Source: an uncultured Lysobacterales bacterium (GTDB lineage Bacteria; Pseudomonadota; Gammaproteobacteria; Xanthomonadales; SZUA-36). From it: 64,000 bases of DNA. Positions within the stretch are counted from its first letter, which is position 1; each line of letters begins with the position of its first letter. The position numbers and the translations under genes are program-made. This document shows positions 59,086 to 64,000 of the stretch, piece by piece. The stretch lies in assembly GCA_937927755.1 (NCBI GenBank), contig CALBDB010000052.1, positions 12,265 to 76,264 on the forward strand. Reading direction: 5' to 3'. The notes under the pieces were generated by a model. That model had not been told where the DNA came from, did not search any database, and saw only the letters and a list, made by a program, of their open reading frames with translations.

Positions 59086-61340
59086 TGTCATTTTTTGCTG
59101 AACTCAAACGCCGCAACGTGATCCGCGTGGGTGTCGCCTACGTGGTGGTCGCCTGGTTGATCATGCAATTCGCCGACGTGGTGCTGAACAACATCGAGGC
59201 GCCCGATTGGGTGTTCCAGGCCATCATGTTGGTGCTGGCCATCGGGCTGCCGCTGGTGCTGATCTTTGCCTGGGCTTTCGAGATGACACCCGACGGCGTC
59301 AAGCGTGAAAAAGACGTCGACCGCACGCAGTCTATCACGCAAACCACCGGTCGTAAGCTGGACCGGGCGATCATTGGCATCATGGCGGTGGTTATCGCTT
59401 TCCTGGTCCTTGACCGCTTTGTGCTGACCGAAGAAAACGCTTCAGTGGCCGAAGGTGCCGGGCAAGAATCTGTTGTGGCTGAAGAAGAAGCGGCTCCAGC
59501 AGCGGAAACCAATCCATCAGTTGCAGTACTGCCGTTCATCAACATGAGCGGCGACGTCAACAACGAGTACTTCTCGGACGGGTTGACCGAAACCTTGCTG
59601 CACATGTTGGCGCAGTTGCCGGATCTTCACGTTGCCGCACGAACATCCTCCTTTGCTTTCAAGGGCAAGAACCCGAGCATCAATGAAGTTGCCGCAGCGC
59701 TCGGTGTAGCCCATATTCTTGAAGGAAGTGTGCAGAAATCGGGTAACCGCGTGCGTATTACCGCCCAGTTGATACGTGCAAATGATGGCTTCCATGTATG
59801 GTCTCAAAATTACGATCGCACGCTGGACGATATATTTACCATCCAGGATGAAATCGCGAATGACGTGGCCTCTGCACTCGATGCGTCACTGTTTGGAAAG
59901 TCCAAACCAGACCTTCATGGGGTAAGCACAACTAACCTGCAGGCCTATGACAGCTACCTGAAAGGGCTGGAACAACAGGCCCTGTTTTCCTATGGCAGCC
60001 TTGCAATTGCTGAAAACCACTTCAAGGCTGCACTGGCCTTCGACCCGCAATTTATCGATGCCCGGATAGCATTGATTCGCAACCATTTACTCAAGTCAGG
60101 CACGGGAGTTATTACCGTGGAAGAGATACCGGACCTGGTCGAGCCACTTATCCAGCAGGTCAATGAACAGGACCCCAATAATCGACTGGCGCGCGCATAT
60201 GAATTGTGTGCGTATATTTTTGCCTCCCGGTACAGCGCAAACAGGGATGAAATGGAAAATGCCGTCAATGAGTTACAAGAATTGTTGGCCCTGATGCCTA
60301 CTGAAACCTACGTCAGAACCAGTATGACCTACCCGATAGCTTACTTTTTTGAGCAACCCCAACAAGCGATTGATCTGCTCGAGGCTGGTCTGCTGATTGA
60401 TCCGCTTTCTTCCGATCTGTACTTACAGCAAGCCCGGATTTATCGCGATGAAAGACGTCTTGACGAGGCACGGGAAGCAGCAGAAAAGGCCCGGCAGTTG
60501 TCTCCGGGAAATCCAAACACGTACGGCCAGCTGGGCTATATTGCAGCAGACAGCAATGATCTGCCGGCTTCATTGCTCTGGTTTCGCCAGGCAATGGAAG
60601 TTGATCCGCAGGATCACGAATTTGCAGCAAATATCGCCACCACTTTTTATCAGTTGAACCTGCCCGAGGAAGGTGACCGTTGGTACGCACGTGTAAAAGC
60701 CCTGGCGCCAGGTTCTGCCGTGGCACGGTTGCTTGAGCTTGATCGCGCCGTTGCCAGACACGAGCAAGAGCAAATTCTCGCGCTGGCCAAGAGCATGATT
60801 ATCGACCAGGTAGACATGCGCCACGGCGCTTTTGATTTTGCAAATGTCGAATATGCAGACCTTATGCTCGAAGCCGGTCGCGCTCGTGAAGGCTATGAAT
60901 TCCTGCTGTCCGTAAGGCCAGATATCAGCAACTACGAAGTCATGCCGGCTGACCCACAGGGCGAGGTTATGCAACGCTATAGCATCCTGCTAATGACAGG
61001 CTTCGATACGTTTGAAGCCCGCCTGGCAACCTGGAATGCATTCACAGCAAACTGGGACAAAAAGGGCTACCCCTGGCGGAACCCGAGATTCTGGGATTTC
61101 ACCTGGGACAGGATCATCAACGGCGATATCGAGACAGCCACTGAAAACTTCCTGCAATACCAACTGACCTTGCCCGTAGCTACGACTTTGTGGCGAAGGG
61201 AAGATCACCTCCGTCCATTTTTCGAGGAAATGATGTCCGACCCCAGGGTCGTAGCCGGCATGGTCGAGTTCAACAAGGAGTACGACCGAATCCGGAAAGA
61301 TGTACAGGAAATGCTGCAGGAACCGGAGTGGAACCAGTGA
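59085..61340 (+). CDS. Array paralog 6
   Basis: 751 aa. TGATG 1-nt overlap with paralog 5. 'MSFFAELKRRNVIRV', core 'SVAVLPFINMSGDVNNEYFSDGLTETLLH...RITAQLIRANDGFHVWSQNYDR'. Confidence 0.8.
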   Translation: MSFFAELKRRNVIRVGVAYVVVAWLIMQFADVVLNNIEAPDWVFQAIMLVLAIGLPLVLIFAWAFEMTPDGVKREKDVDRTQSITQTTGRKLDRAIIGIMAVVIAFLVLDRFVLTEENASVAEGAGQESVVAEEEAAPAAETNPSVAVLPFINMSGDVNNEYFSDGLTETLLHMLAQLPDLHVAARTSSFAFKGKNPSINEVAAALGVAHILEGSVQKSGNRVRITAQLIRANDGFHVWSQNYDRTLDDIFTIQDEIANDVASALDASLFGKSKPDLHGVSTTNLQAYDSYLKGLEQQALFSYGSLAIAENHFKAALAFDPQFIDARIALIRNHLLKSGTGVITVEEIPDLVEPLIQQVNEQDPNNRLARAYELCAYIFASRYSANRDEMENAVNELQELLALMPTETYVRTSMTYPIAYFFEQPQQAIDLLEAGLLIDPLSSDLYLQQARIYRDERRLDEAREAAEKARQLSPGNPNTYGQLGYIAADSNDLPASLLWFRQAMEVDPQDHEFAANIATTFYQLNLPEEGDRWYARVKALAPGSAVARLLELDRAVARHEQEQILALAKSMIIDQVDMRHGAFDFANVEYADLMLEAGRAREGYEFLLSVRPDISNYEVMPADPQGEVMQRYSILLMTGFDTFEARLATWNAFTANWDKKGYPWRNPRFWDFTWDRIINGDIETATENFLQYQLTLPVATTLWRREDHLRPFFEEMMSDPRVVAGMVEFNKEYDRIRKDVQEMLQEPEWNQ

Positions 61341-61367
61341 ATTACCTAACCGGATTAATAGCTCGTC

Positions 61368-61397
61368 ACCCCGGACTTGATCCGGGGTCCGTTTTTT
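61368..61397 (+). terminator. Rho-independent terminator after paralog 6
   Basis: Stem ACCCCGGA / TCCGGGGT with a 5-nt loop, followed by CCGTTTTTT. Confidence 0.6.
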
Positions 61398-61429
61398 ACC
61401 CCATTTTTGCATCAATGACAAAAAAATGG

Positions 61430-61449
61430 ATTCCGGCTTTCACCGGAAT
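61430..61449. repeat. Second intergenic hairpin (ATTCCGG-N6-CCGGAAT), REP-like
   Basis: Perfect 7-bp stem preceded by an A7 run. This is the kind of palindrome that yields spurious '...WIPAFTGMT...' ORFs. Confidence 0.4.
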
Positions 61450-61467
61450 GACGAAAACTAGAGAAAG

Positions 61468-64000
61468 ATGAGCTTTTTTAAAGAATTAAAACGCCGCAAT
61501 GTAGTTCGTGTCGGCATCGCTTACACGGTGGCCACGTGGCTGCTGATACAGGTAACTGATACAGTTTTCCCCCGCATCGGTTTACCTGATTCAGCAGTCA
61601 CGCTGGTCATCGCTTTATTGGCTATCGGCTTTATTCCCGCGCTGATCTTTGCCTGGGCTTTCGAGATGACCCCAGATGGCATCAAACGGGAAAAAGACGT
61701 TGACCGCACGCAGTCTATCACGCCGGAAACCGGTAAAAACCTCAACCGCTTGATCATTGCAGGGCTGGTACTGGTCATTATTGTTATGGGTGTCGAGCGG
61801 GCCTGGTTTGCAGGGAACGACGAAGTTGAAGAAAGGCAAACTAAAGCAGTGAGCAGCGCCGTTGCCGAACCCGCAAAATCAATTGCGGTACTGCCTTTTG
61901 CCGACATGAGCCAGGGCGGCGACCAGGCATGGTTTGCTGATGGGCTGGCAGAAGAGATTCTGAATGCCCTGGTGCGGGCGCCCGATTTGCTGGTATCTTC
62001 CCGGACATCATCTTTCGCCTACAAGGACACCAGTACTCCCGTTGCTCAAATCGCGGACGAACTGGGCGTCGAACATGTGCTGGAAGGCTCTGTGAGACGC
62101 GCCGGTGACCGCATCCGCGTAACGGCCCAATTGATCAGGGCCAGCGACGGATTTCATGTTTGGTCTGAAAATTATGACCGCAATGCCGATGATGTCATCG
62201 CCATCCAGGAAGAGTTGGCTATCAGTATCGCCAAAGCCCTGAAAACTACGATGGACCCCGACAGACTGGCGGAAATGTTGCGCGCAGGGACCCGTTCTGT
62301 GGCGGCTTACGAGCACTATCTGAATGGGCTTAGTATCGCCAATGAAGCGTCTGTCAATTCGGAGTTCGAAAGATTGCTGGGAGCCTACAACGAGTTTGAA
62401 CGTGCGCGTGAGATTGACCCGCAATTTTCTGCGGCACATGGAAAAGCGGCAGGATTTTGGCGTGGGCAGCTGTCAATTTCCCAGCGCGGCGCAAATCTGA
62501 CTGATCTTTCACCGGCGGAAATCCAGACTTTGTTCCTGGTAAGAATCAACCTGGCAATCGAATCCGCCGACAATGACATCGACCGCAAACGCCACAAAAT
62601 CATGAAGGCATTGGTTGATCTTCGTGTGAGGGAAGGCATAAGGCTTGCCCGTGAGGCTCTCAATGCCAACCCATATGATAGTGATGTATTGACTGAGCTC
62701 GTTGATCTTGCCGTCTGGGCAAAGGACACGGAAGCAGAGAACTTTGCACTTGACCACGCATATTCGCTTTGGGAACACGGAGCACAATGGGCTAACGCAT
62801 ACATAACGACAGCCTGGCGCGTTACCCAACCCCGCCCACTGGCGGAATTTGTCTCCAAGGTACTTGCACGTTATCCCGGCAACAAGGGCTTGATTTACCA
62901 GGCGCACCGCGGCTTGTTATGGCAGGGTGAGTTCGAAATGGCCAGGAAACTGGTGAGTGACCTTAAAAACGAAAACCCCCGGTCTCTCTCCATCGTTCAA
63001 ACAAGGCAGGCCTGCGCTGATGGTCGAAGGTCGGAGGCTGAGCGCATACTTCGCAGCGTGGTTCCAACCTTGTCAAAAGGAGATCAAGCATCTTCGAAAT
63101 GGCACATGCTGCAAGCATTGAGCCGCCACGAAGAAGCCCATGAACAACTCAGGCCCTGGGCCAGTGCCGAGGTCCCCCTGCCCGTAGCCGCCTACATGAT
63201 TTACCCGGATTTTGATCCATCTTATTTTCCGTTCGTGCAAGAGATCATACGCCGTGAAGGGATTAAACGACCGCCGCCCAGGGAGATCCCATTTGCCTGC
63301 CCGGAGCAGGATGTCATTGAACAGGAGTCCGTGGCCGTTTTGCCATTTAAGGCCATGAGCAGTGGTGAAGACGATGGTTACTTTGCCGATGGCCTGACCG
63401 AGGAGATTCTGAATTCGCTGGCCAGGCTGCCGGAACTGTTGGTCACCGCCCGCACCTCTTCCTTCCACTTCAAGGGCAAGAACCTTCCTATTCCCGAGAT
63501 TGCGGCAACCCTCGGGGTTAACCATGTAGTAGAAGGTTCGGTGCGCCGCTCCGGTGAACGGGTCCGCATTACTGCCCAGTTGATACGCGCTGAAGACGGC
63601 TTCCACCTGTGGTCAGATACCTATGACCGCACCCTGGAAGACGTATTTTCGGTCCAGGAGAATATCGCCGAAAACATTGCTGAAACCCTGGATGTCGTTC
63701 TGAACGAAGACAAGCGGCAGCAAATGCGCGATGCACGTATCGATGACGTCGAGGCATTTATTGCCTACCAAAAAGGAATGGAAATGTCATCGCGGGCGCA
63801 CTCCATCAGTGACCCGATCGAATTACTTCCAGAGGCTAATGTCTATTTCGACCAGGTATTGGCAATAAACCCGGAAATCACCAATGCCCAATTGGAGCGA
63901 ACAGACCTATTTGGTCACATTATCTACAACAACGCCATAGGCCGTAGCACCTCTACACAGGCTGAACTTGAAGCCGCATTAGAAGAAATTTTAGCCGGTC
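61468..64000 (+). CDS. Array paralog 7 (partial, runs off window): N-module + core + TPR-like region + second core domain
   Basis: Hand translation from ATG 61468 gives 844 codons with no in-frame stop up to 64000, so the ORF is absent from the supplied track. 'MSFFKELKRRNVVRVGIAY', 'FAWAFEMTPDGIKREKDVDRTQSIT', core 1 'SIAVLPFADMSQGGDQAWFADGLAEEILN', and core 2 from 63328 'SVAVLPFKAMSSGEDDGYFADGLTEEILN...RITAQLIRAEDGFHLWSDTYDR'. Confidence 0.75.
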   Translation, partial: MSFFKELKRRNVVRVGIAYTVATWLLIQVTDTVFPRIGLPDSAVTLVIALLAIGFIPALIFAWAFEMTPDGIKREKDVDRTQSITPETGKNLNRLIIAGLVLVIIVMGVERAWFAGNDEVEERQTKAVSSAVAEPAKSIAVLPFADMSQGGDQAWFADGLAEEILNALVRAPDLLVSSRTSSFAYKDTSTPVAQIADELGVEHVLEGSVRRAGDRIRVTAQLIRASDGFHVWSENYDRNADDVIAIQEELAISIAKALKTTMDPDRLAEMLRAGTRSVAAYEHYLNGLSIANEASVNSEFERLLGAYNEFERAREIDPQFSAAHGKAAGFWRGQLSISQRGANLTDLSPAEIQTLFLVRINLAIESADNDIDRKRHKIMKALVDLRVREGIRLAREALNANPYDSDVLTELVDLAVWAKDTEAENFALDHAYSLWEHGAQWANAYITTAWRVTQPRPLAEFVSKVLARYPGNKGLIYQAHRGLLWQGEFEMARKLVSDLKNENPRSLSIVQTRQACADGRRSEAERILRSVVPTLSKGDQASSKWHMLQALSRHEEAHEQLRPWASAEVPLPVAAYMIYPDFDPSYFPFVQEIIRREGIKRPPPREIPFACPEQDVIEQESVAVLPFKAMSSGEDDGYFADGLTEEILNSLARLPELLVTARTSSFHFKGKNLPIPEIAATLGVNHVVEGSVRRSGERVRITAQLIRAEDGFHLWSDTYDRTLEDVFSVQENIAENIAETLDVVLNEDKRQQMRDARIDDVEAFIAYQKGMEMSSRAHSISDPIELLPEANVYFDQVLAINPEITNAQLERTDLFGHIIYNNAIGRSTSTQAELEAALEEILAG

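Noticed and set aside
61190-61471. 93-aa plus-strand ORF spanning the end of paralog 6 and the spacer ('...RHPGLDPGS...WIPAFTGMT...').
   Set aside because: It is out of frame with paralog 6. Its C-terminal half is the translation of the two intergenic palindromes, which is a classic spurious-ORF signature.
49145-63606. Recurring minus-strand ORFs at equivalent positions in each array paralog (for example 49145-49423, 51402-51599, 53340-53651, 55090-55326, 56967-57548, 59138-59605, 61521-61907, 63073-63606).
   Set aside because: Their recurrence is a by-product of the plus-strand paralogy, since the same conserved codons are read backwards. The plus-strand frames carry the conserved, interpretable protein sequence.
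49092-64000. Periodic ~1.8-2.3 kb repetition of conserved sequence blocks, considered as CRISPR, satellite or mobile-element repeats.
   Set aside because: The repeats are the coding 5' regions and core domains of paralogous genes. Conservation is at the protein level with synonymous drift. There are no short direct repeat/spacer units, no IS ends and no transposase.

Overview
This looks like a gammaproteobacterial chromosomal segment. All calls come from reading the supplied ORF translations and the DNA by eye; no searches were run. About three quarters of the window is conserved housekeeping DNA. From memory, its synteny resembles the Pseudomonas/E. coli def-fmt-rsmB, dprA-smg-topA-tsaC-hemF, polA, aroE-hemB-engB-cyt c4-dsbA, trkAH and glnA-ntrBC neighbourhoods. 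I saw no rRNA, tRNA or CRISPR, and no transposase, integrase or phage genes. Accessory-looking parts are listed below. (a) A four-gene type IV minor-pilin cluster (22.8-27.7 kb) whose PilX-like and PilV-like members are greatly enlarged and Cys-rich. (b) An atypical long pyruvate-kinase-like gene. (c) An 857-aa M14 carboxypeptidase. (d) The most striking feature: the last 15 kb (49.1 kb to the window edge) is a co-oriented tandem array of at least seven paralogous genes. Each paralog has a near-invariant small 3-TM N-terminal module, a TolB-N-like (COG5616-type) periplasmic domain and a divergent TPR-like tail. The seventh paralog (61468 to beyond 64000) is missing from the supplied ORF track because it has no stop in the window, and it carries a second copy of the core domain. 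Smaller items are also reported. These are a split NtrY-like/NtrX-like two-component pair consistent with a ~28.7 kb inversion; a candidate sRNA with a sigmaE-like promoter and strong terminator downstream of polA; REP-like palindromic elements; a well-formed sigma54 promoter plus NtrC sites upstream of glnA; an NtrX-like regulator with degenerate Walker motifs; an orphan DctQ-like remnant; and a dprA whose conserved N-terminus lacks a canonical start codon.
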